Positions 1-14,029 of a stretch of DNA of 64,000 nt are shown in pieces. The notes under the pieces are model-generated. The model saw nothing but the letters and a program-made list of their open reading frames with translations. It was not told the origin of the DNA and did no database searches. The stretch is from Camelus dromedarius. Its lineage: Eukaryota. Location of the stretch: the NCBI RefSeq assembly GCF_036321535.1, contig NC_087436.1, positions 55,678,001 through 55,742,000 of the forward strand, read 5' to 3'. The translations under genes were made by a program, and so were the position numbers. The first letter of the stretch is position 1. Each line of letters starts with the position of its first letter.

Positions 1-1709
1 TATATAAACGTTCCCAGCTATGGAAACAGTTTGCTTAATTATGTTTGACACTAAACTATGACACTTAGGAATATGGGAAAATAAATTCTTAGGAGAGTTT
101 TCAAACTGGCATAGAATATTTGCATATTCTTTATTCCATAATGCAAGCCTTGCATTAATTGCCTTCTCTAAAGAATATTTCAACATTTTTTTCAAGCAGG
201 GTGATTCTTCCTACAAATATGATTAGGCTTTACCACTCTGCTCCTAGAAATGAGGTCACTTTTATCTATATCCTACATGGTAATGGTTAATTAACAAACA
301 AAAATTCTGCTTTTCAAAGGGTTGTCTTTTCTCGATAGCTTCAAAGCTCCCTAGGGAGTATTTCTCATAGAATCTGTCCTCCTTTTCACTGCCTATAGCT
401 TCTTTCATGGGACTCACAGGTGCCTCTCAAGGTCAAACTCAGAACTCACTATTCCCCTTGATTTATTCACCGCAGACCTCCTCCTACGTGCTTCAGCTGC
501 CTCAAAACACTGCACTGAACTGTCAGGGGAGGAGTCAGGTTCACCTGAGGCCCCTACCACCGAGAGAAGCTGGAAACTCAACATCAGTTCTGTTGCAGCT
601 GCTGGAATCCCTCCAATGCCGTTCCAGTCCAGATAAGAAATGTCCCACCAAGTTGAGGAAGAAATACTCTCGTCTTCAATGTTAATGCTTAGTCATGGGT
701 ATTTCACAGAAAATCTGGCTGAGCTACAAGTGTTACAGTTTTTAATTGTCCAGCTTTTTAAAATTGATAAGCATTCACACATTACCTCCATGTGCAAGCC
801 TCATGGATTTCAGGGCTGAGATGAAGGCCTATAAGTTGCACACTAAAAAGACAGGGTCCTGGTGAACTTTGCAGCAATCAAGACTCAATCATATCCACCC
901 CAGCCACAAGCAAAACACTGTTTCTGAAAAGACAGCGATCCTGCTCTATACAGCAATTGTGTCTCGGCCAGATCTACCTCAGTCCATCAAACTTCTTATG
1001 TATCACTGAAACTCATTGGGGAAGGAGGCGAGGGTCAGGAAAGAGAAGACAAAAATTTCTGGAGGCAAATAGCTATTTGGAGAGAAAAGGCGCTGCCCCA
1101 AAACATGCAGCAATAAGTATGAATACTGATAAATACTGGCCGCAAGGGGTGGCAACAAGCCTCCCTGTAATACAGGCGGAGCACGGGGCCACAAACCCAG
1201 ACAAAACAAAAACATTATGTATGTTTTTAACTTGTAAAAGTTTTCTAAATGTCTGTCTCCAGGTACTAGAATTAAAATTTTATAGATAGCTTGCTATTTC
1301 CACCTGTAAAGGAGCTCCTGCATTGTAAAAACATAAATTAATTTTATTTATGTTATCTGCTTGCCCAGTAGCTCATTATGTATATATCTGAAGATTTTAC
1401 AGATTAGCATAGTCTTAGTCTGTTTTATAATAGTCTGAACAGAACCTTTAATTTCTTCTAAGTGCAATAGCAACTTAATGGGCTTCCTATTGTGCTCAAT
1501 CTCTTTGTTCTTATATAATGTGGAATACGCTTTAGAAGCCTGTGCACACTTTCATTGAATCCAGAGCTATTCATAATGTGATTTCTTCCTTCATGCTTCT
1601 GCTCTGCCCGTTGAAGAGTGGTGTATGCTATGTCGGATTACTGAAGAGTAGAGGAAGAAAAGCGTAATTATTTTTGAAGCTCCATGAGAGTGATTTATCC
1701 CCTTTCGAC

Positions 1710-1873
1710 CAGAGGTTCCTGAACCTGGATGATCAGCAGAATTACCTCTGAAGATGTTTTTTTTTTTTTAAAAAATTCAGTCATCTGGGCTTCCTTTAGA
1801 GAGATTCTGATTTAGTGCACATAAGATTTTTTTTTTTAACCTAGTTAATTCTGATGCTCAGGACAACTGCTCT
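1710..1873. mobile_element. MER5A-like hAT-Charlie DNA transposon (MITE)
   Basis: Starts cagaggttcctgaacctgg, contains gagattctgatttagt and taattctgatgc, ends acaactgctcta. Matches recalled MER5 motifs. Confidence 0.7.
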
Positions 1874-1899
1874 ATCAGAGAATAATATTTGAACAAAGT

Positions 1900-2212
1900 G
1901 AAGCATCACCCAGACCCCCCTTCAGAAACTGACGATCAATTTCCCCCAATTGCCATCAATGCTGCTGGCAAAAAAGGCCTAAACTGCCCTGAAGGAATTG
2001 TCTAAGCTGAGGTGAGGCTGCTTCTCTTAAGGCCAAGCCACATCACAAGTACGGAGGCCCAGCCCCATATCCCGCCAGGGAACAACTGTGAAGGCAGCTC
2101 AAGTCTCCCTGAGGCCGGCTCCTCCCAGGCACTGATCCAGGGGCACTCTCTTTAAACCTCGTGTATACTATTCTCCCTTTCTGAGCCAGATTCGTGGGGC
2201 CCCTTGTGATGG
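1900..2212 (+). mobile_element. LTR16-like (ERVL) solo LTR, degenerate
   Basis: ccccccttcagaaactga...gaattgtctaagctga...gaacaactgtgaaggc...gatccagggcactctctttaaacctc follows the LTR16 consensus order. Confidence 0.6.
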
Positions 2213-2611
2213 GTATTTCCATTAGAGCCAGAATGCCAACAGGTAGCCCTCCCTAGATTTCTCCTCAATCAGAATATAAACCCAGTCCCAAGAGGGAAAT
2301 AATCCATCTTTTATCTCCCTACCTCCTCCCAAAGAAACCCAGCTGGCTTAGCTGCTCCTTCTTGACAGGCATTTGTCCCCTACCTCTCACTATGCAGTCT
2401 TTCCTGCAGTGAGATACCCTCTTCTCTACTCTAATCCAAACCCCAATTCTGTTATTGCTACTCGTGATTAAACACTTTTGCCTCCTAACTTTCTCAATAT
2501 TCAGCTATAAATGTGTATATAAATCTTTAATGTAATCATGAATGTTGTTATGTATTAGCTTGCAATCTATAGATAATATGTCCTGAAGAGAAGGAACCAA
2601 ATGTTGCTTTT

Positions 2612-3183
2612 TCTTTCTTTTCTTTTTTTGTTTTATTTTCTTTCATTTTTATTGATAAATAATTGGCATGCCTCACTTATAAGTTTGAAGCATACAGTAT
2701 AATGGTTTGATTTACATATATTGTGAAATGATTACTGCAGTAGATTCAGCTATCATTCATCTTCTCATATAGATATAGTAAAAACAAAAGAAAGAAAAAA
2801 GGAAAAAATGTTTTTACTTGCAATGGGAACTCTTAGGATTTACTCTCTTAACAATTTTTCTATATTTGATACAGCAGTGTTAGCTATATTCATCATGTTG
2901 TACGTTACAACTCTTATAACTGGAAGTTTGTACCTTTTGACCATCTTCCTCCAATTAAGCTCCCCCCTCCCCTGGCCCTGCCACTCTCTGCCTCTGGTAA
3001 TCATAAGACTGATCTCTTTTTATGAAATTTTGTTTGTTTGTTTAGATTCCACAGATGTATGAGATAATACAATCTTTGTCTCTCTCTCTCTGACTTATTT
3101 CACTTAGCATAATGCCTTCAAAGTTCCACCCATATTGTTGTAAATGGCAGGGTTTCATTCTTTTTATGGCTAAGTAATATTCC

Positions 3184-3254
<71 letters not shown>

Positions 3255-3912
3255 CTTCTTTATTCACTCATCCTTTGATGGACACTTGAGTTGTTTCTAT
3301 CTCTTGGCTATTGTAAATGCTGCTGCTATGAACACGGAAGTGCAGATATCTTTTCCAGTTAATCTTTTTCATTTCCTTTAAATATATTCCCAGAAGTAGA
3401 ATTTCTGATCATATAATAATTCTATTTTTAATTTTTTGAGATTTTTTCATACCATTCTCCATAATGGCTCTACCAATATACAATCTTACAAACAGGGAAC
3501 AAGTGTGCCCTCACCAGCATTTGCTATCTCATCTTTTTGATGACAGCCATTCTAATAGGTGTGAGATGATATCTCATTATGATTTTAATTTGCTTTTCCC
3601 TACTGACTTATGATGTTGAGCATCTTTTCATGTACCTGTTGGCCTTTCATATATTTTCTTTGGAGAAATGTCTATTTAGGTCCTTGTCCATTTTTCAATT
3701 GGGTTATTTTGCTATTTGGGGTTTTTTGCTATTGAGTTCTATGAGTTCTTAATATATTTTGGATATCAACCCCTTATCAGATATATGGTTTGCAAATATT
3801 TTCCCCTTCCACAGGGTTTTTTTTTTTTCACTTTATTGATAGTTTCCCTTGCTGTGCAGAGGCTTTTTAATTTGATGTAGTTCCACTTGTTAATTTTTTA
3901 AAATTTTGTTGC
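2612..3912 (-). mobile_element. L1 3' end (ORF2 C-terminus plus 3'UTR; L1MA9/artiodactyl-type)
   Basis: T-rich tail at ~2610-2650, then antisense 3'UTR (gaactcttaggatttactctcttaacaa; cttataactggaagtttgtacc) and antisense ORF2 C-terminus (gacagccattctaataggtgtgagatgatatctcatt; ggagaaatgtctatttagg). Confidence 0.9.
3186..3252. repeat. (TG)n microsatellite, ~33 perfect units, inside L1
   Basis: Directly visible. Confidence 0.98.
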
Positions 3913-4084
3913 CCAACCCTTCTGTCTTGTTTCACGCTTTTTGTTTTGCTTTGTTTTACACAGTATGCCTATTAAGTGAATGGAAGACAATAAAGAATAT
4001 GATTAATGCTCTGACATAAGATTTTGTTCTCGTTAGTCACGGATTTCACTAGGCTTTCTGAAAGATTTAGTGATCTGTATACAG

Positions 4085-4090
<6 letters not shown>

Positions 4091-4121
<31 letters not shown>
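4091..4121. repeat. (AC)n microsatellite, ~15 units
   Basis: Directly visible. Confidence 0.97.
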
Positions 4122-4125
<4 letters not shown>

Positions 4126-4454
4126 CCTGCCAAGTAACCCCTCTTCCTAGTGTAATGACTTACTGAAATGTTCAAGTTTTCATTATCTTTACTATAACAA
4201 ACATGATGCTTTCTTTTTTCTAGAACTGGTCACTCTCACTGTTGTATATGTTTGAACTGTAAAAGTTAGTATTTAATATTTTAATTTATTTTGTGTAGTA
4301 AATTAACTTTTATTTCTGTAATGTGGTAAGTGTGATTAGCAGGTCTTTATCTTAATATGGGAATTACAGTTGCAGTTGTGTTATTCCAGTAGTGTGCATT
4401 CTTATACTGTAAGTTGTTTGGAAGAATGAATGAAGATTTTTTTTTTTCTTTAAA

Positions 4455-4632
4455 AAAAAATAGAGTTAGACTAAGAGGATTTGAATCTGTTCATCATTTA
4501 TGAGCTTTGGTACTTTGGACAGTTACTTGATCTCACTATGTTCCCATTCACTTTACTGTAAAATGGGGATGAAAAGAATGCTCACCACTTAGGGTTGTTG
4601 AGATGAGACAGATGAATACTTTGAATGCATGT
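4455..4632 (+). mobile_element. MIR SINE
   Basis: MIR core: gatttgaatctg...actttggacagttacttgatctc...ctgtaaaatggggatga...tagggttgttgagatga. Confidence 0.75.
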
Positions 4633-5116
4633 TCTAAGCAGGGTAGCTCACACTGCTTTTGAAAATTTCTTCCATTTTTATTTTAAGTAAATATATATTT
4701 TTTAATTCTGAATTAAGTATATTATTTATTATGAGAGGTTTAAATCATGAAGTACAGTTACATGCGTATTACTTAAAACACAGCTGTCAAATAAAACATA
4801 AAATAAATAGAGGGGTTCACAGAAGTAAACTACCTGGTATGTGGCACATTGTCAGTTCATGGTAAAGGTAAGCTCTTGTTAGTATTTAAAACTGTCCCCA
4901 CAGCCAGCAACCTTCATCACTGTTGATGTGATATTTCAGTGTATTACAGAGAAAGAGCCCAATAATGATCCTATTATACTCAACTCTCAGAAGTGAAAAT
5001 TGCTTAGGTCAGGAGAGGAATATGTCAAATGCAGCAGTTGGTTTCATACTGTAGCAGATTTCCTCTTATCCCCACAGAAAATCATATACCTTTATAGTTG
5101 AGTCAAGTGTATAAAC

Positions 5117-5277
5117 TAGTGGTTTAAAACCATGGTGGTTTATCAAAGATATTTTAAAAAATATACTCCCCACTTCACTTTGAGATTCAAATTTAGTTGG
5201 AATGGCATGGGTCCCAAGTATTTTTACATTTTCTACAGGTGATTCCTATATGTACACAGGGTTGACAAACCATGGTA
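5117..5277. mobile_element. MER5A-like DNA transposon
   Basis: ctagtggttt...gagattcaaatttagttgg...caggtgattc...cagggttgacaaaccatgg. Confidence 0.7.
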
Positions 5278-7011
5278 AAACTAGCAGGGTAAACATTATT
5301 GGCATTATTAAGCAGATCACTGGGAAACAAAAAGTGATGCTTGGGATTTGCGATAGGATATTATCTTCTGAAAGTTAAACTAAAAATTGACACGTAAGGT
5401 ATTGGGACCAAGGGGTGACTATACCTTAACGAAGCCATAGTATCTATAGAGAAAGCATTTATCCACTAGAAAAAGTGCTAATGATTAAAGGAAGAACAGA
5501 AAATGGAGAGTCATAGAAGGCACAGTGTTCTTTCAAGAACTATGCAGGAAAGAGGAAAAGTTTATCAGGAATATCAAAAGGTAGAATTATATTGGTAAGG
5601 ACATGCCTTTTGGGAAAATGAACTTAGGAGCTATCTTAACCTGACACCACTGAAAATTCTGGTTTTTTACAGTGTACTGATTTTATAATCACCCAATAAT
5701 CCACTGATACTCAGCATGCTACAGGGAGAAAGTTTTCATATTGAACTATGTGAGTAGTCCTTCCACTTCATAAGATTCTCACTGTAAGTTAGACACAGAT
5801 GCGTATGACATATATAGCAGATCTCCTATGACCCTTAGAAATCTAAGAATCCCAGAGTCTAGTTGAATTTAGGAAAAAGACAAGGTGAGTTCTTAAGCTT
5901 ACAAAGCTGAGGACCAGAATTCTCATGGTGGTAAATCTCATGTTTGGAGTCTCAGCACAGAATGAGCTTTTTTGTTTCCAAGAGACATCCCTCTGTTTTA
6001 CAACCACGGAACTTTTTTTTTGCAAAAAAAAATTCATCAGAATTGTCAAGTAACTTCCTGAAGCAATACGAAAGAGAGCCTCTCCTCAATGTCTATCTAA
6101 TCTTTCAGGGCAGGAAGTTTTGCAAAATGATAATATATTTATAGCCTTCCCTCAGTCTCTAAATTGGCCAAAAAATATTTGAAAATACATTTTTAAAAAC
6201 TTCAATAATATTGTGTCTGACAGTGATGTGAGCAAAATCACTAACCTTGTCACCAGTAAGCAACAAAGGAAGCTGGTTTGATCGATCAGTAAAAACTATA
6301 TTCCACTAAATGAAAAGCTGATCTGTAAAGTATTATCAGTGAAAGAAGCAAAGGAGTGCTGAGTGAGAGGAAAACAGGAGATTCAAAAGCTCCATTTAGT
6401 AATTCCTTAGGTGACAAGGAACAAAAGATACGAAAAGTGAAAAAAATTCAGCTACTTCTGAAATATCTGGAGATTCTCTTCTTAAACACATCTTATGATA
6501 AATGTTTTGATAATAATGTTTGTAAAGACAGAATTGAATAAAAATTCACAATTCAAAATACAACCGAGTAAATAAAAACAGAGACATCTGAACTGAGGTT
6601 CAAAAATGTAAATAAGGAATAACATTGTTTCAAATAGAAAAAAAATAAAAACTGAAACCATTTCTGGAAGGCCAACAACAGCAAAATCCTGAAACCAAAT
6701 ACTATTCATTTGGGTTGGAGAGGAGATAAAGCTATTTTAATACCTCATTCAGTCACTCACCTTTGTCATTTAAGCATCTTCTACAAGAAAAAATGTGACA
6801 GGCAATTAAAAAGAAAATGTTGTGGTCTTTATTAGTTTTTGTAAGGAACGTATTCCTTTCCCTTGGTTCAAGTTGGCAGAACTGTCCAGAGTTCCTTCTA
6901 CCTCATATTCCAGCATACACAAGCTAACAGAAAAGAAGAGTGACTTGATTCTTTGCTAGCTTTCCTATATAATGTGACCCAAGGAACACATTTGATGTGT
7001 ATCCACTTGAC

Positions 7012-7037
7012 AGGTAGTTAGGTAGGTAGGTAGGTAC

Positions 7038-7080
<43 letters not shown>
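7012..7080. repeat. Compound (TAGG)n(TAGA)n tetranucleotide repeat
   Basis: Directly visible. Confidence 0.95.
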
Positions 7081-7894
7081 TTTTGTAGAAAATAAAAGAA
7101 ATACAGAAAATAAAAATTATCATGATGTCTTTGGCCAGATAATTTTTTGGTATTATAATGATCATTTCAGTGCAATTTCTTCCACTTTTATACACAGATA
7201 GACATACAAACATCCATGTATGTGCTTATGTTATCTGCTTATGCACAGACAGGTATACATGTATATACATATTTCTGTTCAGTGTAATAGCTTTTCACAT
7301 CCTACTTCACTTTGCCCCTGCAATCTGTCCTCCTAACAGTTTTTAGGCAACAGATATCCACCTATACTTGGTCTTTATTTTTTTTTGAAGATTGTTGTTT
7401 GTTTTTTTAAAGATTGTTAATTTTTTTCATTTTGTATATGATATTATGAGGGTATAAATTATCTTGGCTCAACAAGTTTATACACAACTAAAATGTTCTG
7501 TTTTTCTAAATATTATTATTCTGTAAATAGAAAAAAGTTATTAGTTGTAAATTCAAGATCAACAGTAATGTGAACATTTAGAACACTGATGAAAACATAA
7601 AGTAGATTAGATGTGGGTCCTATTGCTATCAATGTTATTTCAGTTCAAATTCATGAATTTGGAAATACCAATGACTGTCATTGTCTATGTAGGCTCTCAA
7701 TTTGATAATAAGGATAATTTATCACTTATGACTTTTGGGGGTTCTTTCTAAAAACAAAATTTCTCATAATTGGAAGAAAATATAAGATAAGTATATAGAC
7801 AATTACATAGATGATATATTATATTAATATGTATTATTAATATATTCTTATTTTATATATTTTTCCTTTTCTAAGACAATTTTCAGGGGTCCAT

Positions 7895-8306
7895 AGTGTA
7901 CCACACAGCTCCCCACCTTTAGGACTAAAAGACTTATTTTCCCAATTACTGGGAGTGTTGACATCTAACATCTCTGAAAGTCTGAAGAGAGTCATTTTGC
8001 CCAAGTTTATGCCCACTTCCCTGGACAGCCCAAATCCAATGACTGATCACCATAGAGGAATAAAGGCCTGACCTCTTTGCACCAAACTGTGATACCGTGG
8101 CAGAGAACCCCCAGCTCCAGAGTTCCTTCTGGCTTGGCTCTCTGGGGACTTTGTTGTGACTGCACCTCAGTTCAACATCTCCCTCTGCCAAAGTCATTTT
8201 CCTCCACTTTCCAGACAGGTGCAACTTCTAAGAGAACTCCTCAATAGCCTTCTGCAGGTTGATCTCCCTTTCAGAGTCTGCTTCTTAGGGAACCTGAGTG
8301 GAACAA
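7895..8306 (+). mobile_element. LTR16C-like (ERVL) solo LTR
   Basis: ctgggagtgttg...cagcccaaatccaatgactg...ataaaggcctg...cccagctccagag...cagttcaacatctccctctgcc...cagagtctgcttcttagggaacc is colinear with the recalled LTR16C consensus. Confidence 0.8.
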
Positions 8307-8834
8307 CTATTATCAGACAGATTAAACAACTCCAAAGTGGTCCTGACATTTTGGGAGGAAAGTTTTGCAACTGAATTACAAAGCTAGAAAGCACTGTCTT
8401 GTGGTTTAGGATTTTATTCCCCGGTCACTGTACAAACCTTTAAAGAGCAGTATTAGCCTTCATGGTAAAACAAAGGTTGTGGTCACTGATGGATATTTCT
8501 CATCCCTATTTGTTAAGAATGTGGAGCCAATATGCTATAAAAATGGCACGTTAGAATAATTCTCTCTCAAAATTGATTTTCTGAAGAAGGATTTCAAAAT
8601 CTGTGTGACCCCCTTCTGACACAGATGAAAGATGCATAATGAAAGGTTATTTTTAGCCCATTATGAATATATAAGTAACCCTCACATTACTGAATGCAAA
8701 CATCTGCTCAAAGGCAGCTACTACAAGGAGACAGTTATGTTACTGCCCAACCCAACACTGTTCTCTATCCTCCTCAAGGTTGTTTCTTTGGGAATAAATT
8801 TTATATCTCAATTAAACATCAATTCTTATAAACA

Positions 8835-9178
8835 CTGTTATCCCTCTGTATCATTGGGAATTGGTTCCAGGGCCCTGGCAGACACCAAAGTCAGAGAATG
8901 CTCAATGCCTTATGTTAAATGGCATAGTATTTGCATATAACTTATGTAGCTCCTCCCATATACTTTATCACCCCTATGTTACTTATAATATCTAATACAG
9001 TATAAATGCCATGTAAATAGTTGTAAATACAATGTAAATGCTATATAAACATTTGCCAGCACATGGCAAGTTCAAGTTTTATTCTCAGAACTTTCTAGAA
9101 TTTTTTTCTGAATGTTTTTTGATCAGTGGGTGATTGAATCTGTGGGCTCAGAATCCAGGGTTATGGAAGGGCCAACTG
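8835..9178. mobile_element. Tigger4/Zombi (MER46-type) Tc1-mariner non-autonomous element
   Basis: Degenerate TIRs ctgttatccctctgtatc...ggaagggccaactg followed by TA. Internal ggttccaggg...aaatggcatagtatttgcatataac. Confidence 0.85.
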
Positions 9179-10994
9179 TATATTGCAGAGTTTTGCACCT
9201 ACATTAAGAAATCACAGTTGGAAAAAATGGTAGGGGTAAGAGAAACTTTCTGCCTATAGGAGTGAAAAAGTAGATGAGGTCAATGAGAGCTCCTCTCTTA
9301 AATATCCAAATTCTTTTCTTATCATAAAGTATGAATGAATCATAATCATCACTATAAAGTCTTTATTTTGTGGCAAATGTTAAACACTGAACAACATTCA
9401 ATTTTATTTAAAAGTATATTATGTGGTATAAGAGAAGTGAAATATCTGACAATCTCATTTAGGAACACATGACAATACTAAATCAGTCAAATGCAAGACT
9501 ATGAAATAACCAGGGGCTGTCCAAAGGCATTCTGCAGAAGCAGAGAAGGTCATGGGGTGGGGCTTACAAAATGCTGCATGAGAATAATGCCATTTACTAG
9601 AAGATCAGAGGAACAGATTAGGGAGTGGAGAGAGTGGTCATTTCAAACCAGCTGTGTAAGTGAAAGGGTATGAAAGTAGGAAAGAATGAGAGAGGACGGC
9701 ATGGAAGGCAGAAATAGCCATTATTAGATTTCCACCTTCTCTCTAGGAAGCTTTAATTAGTCAATGTAGTCAGTCACCCTTTTTCTTAAATCACTTTAAA
9801 CCCAATCTAAAGTGAAACTAGACAGTAATATGAGAGACAGCATAATTAACTCCACCAGTGGAAATGTCTTTAAAAACAAGATATGGAATCATTCCATTAA
9901 ACATTTCTGGGAAGATCAACTGTGAGATTTAAGACACTGAACCAGAAATACTTTGCTTGGAGTCGTAAGTTATGGAAAAAAAAAGAATTTCTATCTATAG
10001 CAAAAGAACTTAAACGTCATAATGCTAACATAAAGTCTACTAAGATCTGTTCCTACTGCTTTTGTTGGATTCTTAATAATTCCACTTTGTGTATTTTTAA
10101 ATTAAGATAGACACGTTTTTGTTGTTTTAATGGAGAGTAAAAAATAAAGTTTCTTTAAGCTCTTGTATGATTAACCTGGTCTCCAGGGAAACTTGCTGTT
10201 ATCATACATATTTTACATCTTTTTTAACTCTTGAAAAGTACCTTGCAATCATTTGATTACTCATACCTGAAAATAAATTATATAAGGTAGACTAGGGTTA
10301 TTTTCTCACTTAAAATGGAAAAAAAGAACTGCAGTAGACAGAAGCAACACTATTTATAGTTATAGTTTTAGGACATAGCATAGCAGTCTGTAAAATAAGA
10401 AAATTATACTTTTAGATTGGATCAAAGATCTTGAGATGCAACCTGCGGTAATACATTGTGGTATAATATTATTTTAATCAAATAATGGTGAATATGAGGG
10501 ATACAGAAAGTGTTCAAACTGCAGCTCCTGTCATTCACACGAAGGCGTGGCTCGAGGTCAGATGTCTTCCTGAGGCCCACCGTCTGCACAGTGGCTCCCT
10601 TGTCCCTTTTAATCCCCAGTTATTCCATTAGAATAACTCGGCTTAAAACAGGCCTCAAGCTGGGAGAAAGTTACAGTCCTTTGAATGGAAGTTTACGAAA
10701 TACGAAGAATGTCTGTTTCCCTATCTGTTAATGAAAATCTGACTTTGGGCTTTCTGAGGCTTGTTACAATGTGTAAAGGAGTCTAGTCACGGCCTGCATG
10801 GATTACTAGAAAACAAGATTAGACCTCTTACAACACAGAGAGCGACTGCAGTGTCATCTCTACACCTGATGAGAGGCCCTTCAGATCCCATCACCCACTC
10901 CTCCCTGCCTACAGCGCAAACTCATACCTTATCATAGGGATTCATGGATTCAGAAATATTTAAGTAATATTCAGAAAATTTGATTCACCATTGA

Positions 10995-11548
10995 ATTAAA
11001 TATTCAGAAATATTTAATTGACACCTACAAGATGCCAAGTACAACTCTAGGTCCTCTGGGTTAACTTGCTATGACTAGCACTTAGTGAGCGTGTGGTCTA
11101 GAGGAAGAGGCAGGATTTAAACAAGTAAATTAATAGCTGAACACATAACTTAAAATACTAGTGAATCCTCTTAAAAAAAAAGAGAAGAAATATTTATGTG
11201 GGGTTCCTACTTTAGATTGAATATTTGTGGAAGACCTTCCCAAATAACATGGCATTTGAGGCCTGAAGCACGAGAAGGAGCCAGTCATTTGAAGGTGTAC
11301 TGAAGACCCTCAAGCTCAGAGGCAACAGCTCTAGATGCCTCGAGGTGAGGAGAGCTTGATAGTTTGCAGGCTAAGAAAGAAGGATATAGTGCAGGGAACA
11401 CAGAATGTGAAAGATTTGGAAACCAGCAAGGCTAGATCACGCAGCAGCGCCATGCCAGTCAAGGTAAGGCTTCTATTCTATTTCTGTGGGGAGTCAAGCT
11501 AGCATTTTAATCAAAGGAGCAACATAATCTGATCAAGTTTTAAAATAT
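10995..11548 (-). mobile_element. L2 LINE 3' portion
   Basis: Antisense L2 3' end (aaatatttaattgacacctac...gccaagtac...ctctagg) followed by gaagaccttc...catttgag...gaaggagccagtcat...gctagatcac...cataatctgat. Appears to resume at ~13660-13890. Confidence 0.75.
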
Positions 11549-11559
11549 ATTCCCCTCCT

Positions 11560-12460
11560 AATAAAAAGCAATAAGCAAACAAAAGCCCAATTTTTAAATG
11601 ACAAAAGACTTGAATAGACATTTCTCTAAAGAAGATATGCAGATGGCCAGTAAACACATGAGAAGAGGTTCAACATCGTTAATCATTAGGAACTACAAAT
11701 CAAAAGCACAATGAGATACCCCCTCACACCTATTAGGACAGCTACCATCAGGGTCGGGGAGGGGGAATGTTGGTAAGGATGTGAAGATATTGAAATCCTT
11801 GTGCACTACTGGAAGGAATGTAAAATGCTTCAGCCACTGTGGAAAATAGGATGGCATTTCCTCAAAGAACTAAACACAGAATTACCATATGATCCAGCAA
11901 TTCCATTTCTGGGTATACATATAAAAAAGAATAAATGAAAGCAGGGACTCAAACAGGATATTGTATATCAATGTTCACAGCTTCATTCACAATGGCTGAA
12001 AAACAGAAGCAACCCAAATATCTACTGAGATGTATGAACAGATAAATGAAACATGATATATATATATACAGTGGTATATTTCTCAGCCTTAAAAAGGAAG
12101 GAAACTCTGAAACATGCTACAGCATGGATGAACCTTGAGGATATTATGCTAAGGGAATTAAACCAGACACAAAAGGACAAATATTATATAATTCCACTTA
12201 TATTAGGTAGGTAGAACAGGCAAATTCAAAGAGATAGAAAATAGAATGGTGGTTTCTAGGAATTTAGGGGAGGGAAGAAATGGAAATTATGTTTAATGAG
12301 TAAAGAATTTCAGTTGGTGAAGAAGAGAAAGTATTGGAGAAGATGGCAGTGAAAACTGGACAACAACATAAATATACTCAATGTCACTGAACTATGTACT
12401 CTAAAATGGTTAAAATGGTATTTTTCATGTTATGTCTGTTTTTCCACAATAAATAAAAAG
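11560..12460 (+). mobile_element. L1MB-type 3' end inserted in L2
   Basis: gacttgaatagacatttctctaaagaagatat...gaattaccatatgatccagcaattcc...catggatgaaccttgagg...aaaatggttaaaatggta...ccacaataaataaaaa (poly(A) signal and tail). Confidence 0.9.
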
Positions 12461-12489
12461 ATTCTTCCCAGAGCTACCTCTAGAATTTT

Positions 12490-13360
12490 AATGAGATCAA
12501 GAACACAAATTGTATCCTTCAAATCATGTGAACCTCTGATAGAATCTTGTGTATTTTCTGATCTCTCCATTGCTATATTAAGTACTGTCTTCCAGTTTAC
12601 TTAGTATCTTTGTAACATGTTAAATATATATATGCACATACATATTTAATTTTTAATATTTCTAATTGCTTGATTTTTATTTCAACTTATTCTTGATAAT
12701 CAATTGGCTTTGTTTTATGACCTCCTGAGGACTTAAACTATGCTTATTTTAATTATTTTTTTCATTGTTTCAGAATCCCTTCTCTCATTTATTGAGTTTG
12801 TGAGCTCTCTTGTGTTTTATTAATTTTCTGCCTCTCTTTTGAAACATTCATTTGCAAATTTATTTTTAGTGCAGATTGGATTTTTGTTTATTTTGAACTT
12901 TATTTTCCTTTCTCTTTGTCCCATCCCAAGCCTGGATATTTTGTTGCTTCAGTTTAAGATTTTAGGGACCTGGTTCTAAAGAACAATATTTTTGCTTCTT
13001 TTAGCTTTACAGCTCACAGAAAGTCTCATAGTTGGTCCCACAATTGGCCTGGCTCTTAATTGTGCTGATTTTTCTGCTCTCAAATTTCTCTCCAAGCAAG
13101 GAGCTCTTCTAAGCCACAGCTCTGGGTAGTTATCCCAGTTCTTTGCAGCTTTTGTACACCTTCAGAAACTTTTCCCTAGATCACTTCTATGCAGTACTTT
13201 CTTACCAGATCCCTAACCTACGCGGGGCCTCACTTGGGCCACTGCAGTGCCTGCTTCCTCCAAAAGTGAACTCCCAGAAAGGCGCTGTGTCTGGATCACA
13301 GAGACTCTGCTCAGCTCAGCATGTTATTTTTTGCTGCTACTTGAAAAAATTTTAAAATGT
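12490..13360 (-). mobile_element. Very old L1ME/HAL1-like 5' region
   Basis: T-rich antisense ORF1-like texture grading into a more GC-rich 5'UTR-like segment. Family not resolvable by eye. Confidence 0.35.
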
Positions 13361-13659
13361 TTTTTTGTTGTTCCTGTTTTTCAAAAATGTTAGGACAATT
13401 TGTATTTTGTAAAATCTTATGTGTTCCATAAACACAGAAATCTGGAAGTATACACAGAAGATCATGTTAATGGTGCTTACCTCTAGGTACAGAACCTAGA
13501 TTCCTACGTTTTCCAGTGACCAGTCCCCGTTCCAGGAAAGGAAGTATGAGATTTTGGGGTTATGTACTTTCTAACTTTCACCATGAAAGAAAAAACTCCA
13601 TTATTCTCAGAGAAGATAGGATGGTGGGACCCTCATGCCAGAGCCAAAACTATTGAATT

Positions 13660-13890
13660 AAATTTACATAGAATATTTTGGTGGTTTGGAACAGGTTGGG
13701 GGCAACATAAAAATCAGAGAAATTGTTAAATCCAAGAGCTACCTGGAGTGTAGAATCAGTAGGATTGGGTGATGGATTGAATATTATAAGACAAGAAATC
13801 AGCAAGGGACAAGAGGACCACTCCCTTTCTGGCAACATTCTGGAAAGAGAATAGAACTGATAGGGAGGGATATAGGAAGATAGCTTAAAG
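13660..13890 (-). mobile_element. L2 fragment (continuation of 10995-11548)
   Basis: gtagaatcagtaggattgggtgatggattgaata is the typical antisense L2 motif. Confidence 0.65.
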
Positions 13891-14029
13891 AGCACATGAA
13901 ACTGTGTTAAAATTTCTGTCTGAACCAGACTTGAATGGGGCCTTGCTTAACTCCTATACAGTGAGAATTCTATAATCTATCAGGAAAAGTGTGTTCATAC
14001 TTATTAATAAAAGTGCTTTTTATAATTGC

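Noticed and set aside
1066..1079. Isolated 14-bp palindrome CAAATAGCTATTTG; also a MEF2 site at 61581-61590 and short hairpins at ~24926 and ~58531
   Set aside because: Single AT-rich motifs of this size are expected by chance in 64 kb without supporting context.
407..1289. 92-aa and 110-aa plus-strand ORFs in unique DNA
   Set aside because: No recognisable domain, no convincing exon structure, and lengths expected by chance.
1900..8306. Two same-orientation LTR16-like LTRs ~6 kb apart as the ends of one provirus
   Set aside because: The intervening DNA has no gag/pol, contains MIR, MER5A and unique sequence, and the two LTRs differ strongly. They are independent solo LTRs.
10948..11017. 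Direct repeat ATTCAGAAATATTTAA x2 with a partial third copy (CRISPR-like spacing)
   Set aside because: Only 2-3 irregular copies at an L2 3' tail in a mammalian genome. Local duplication.
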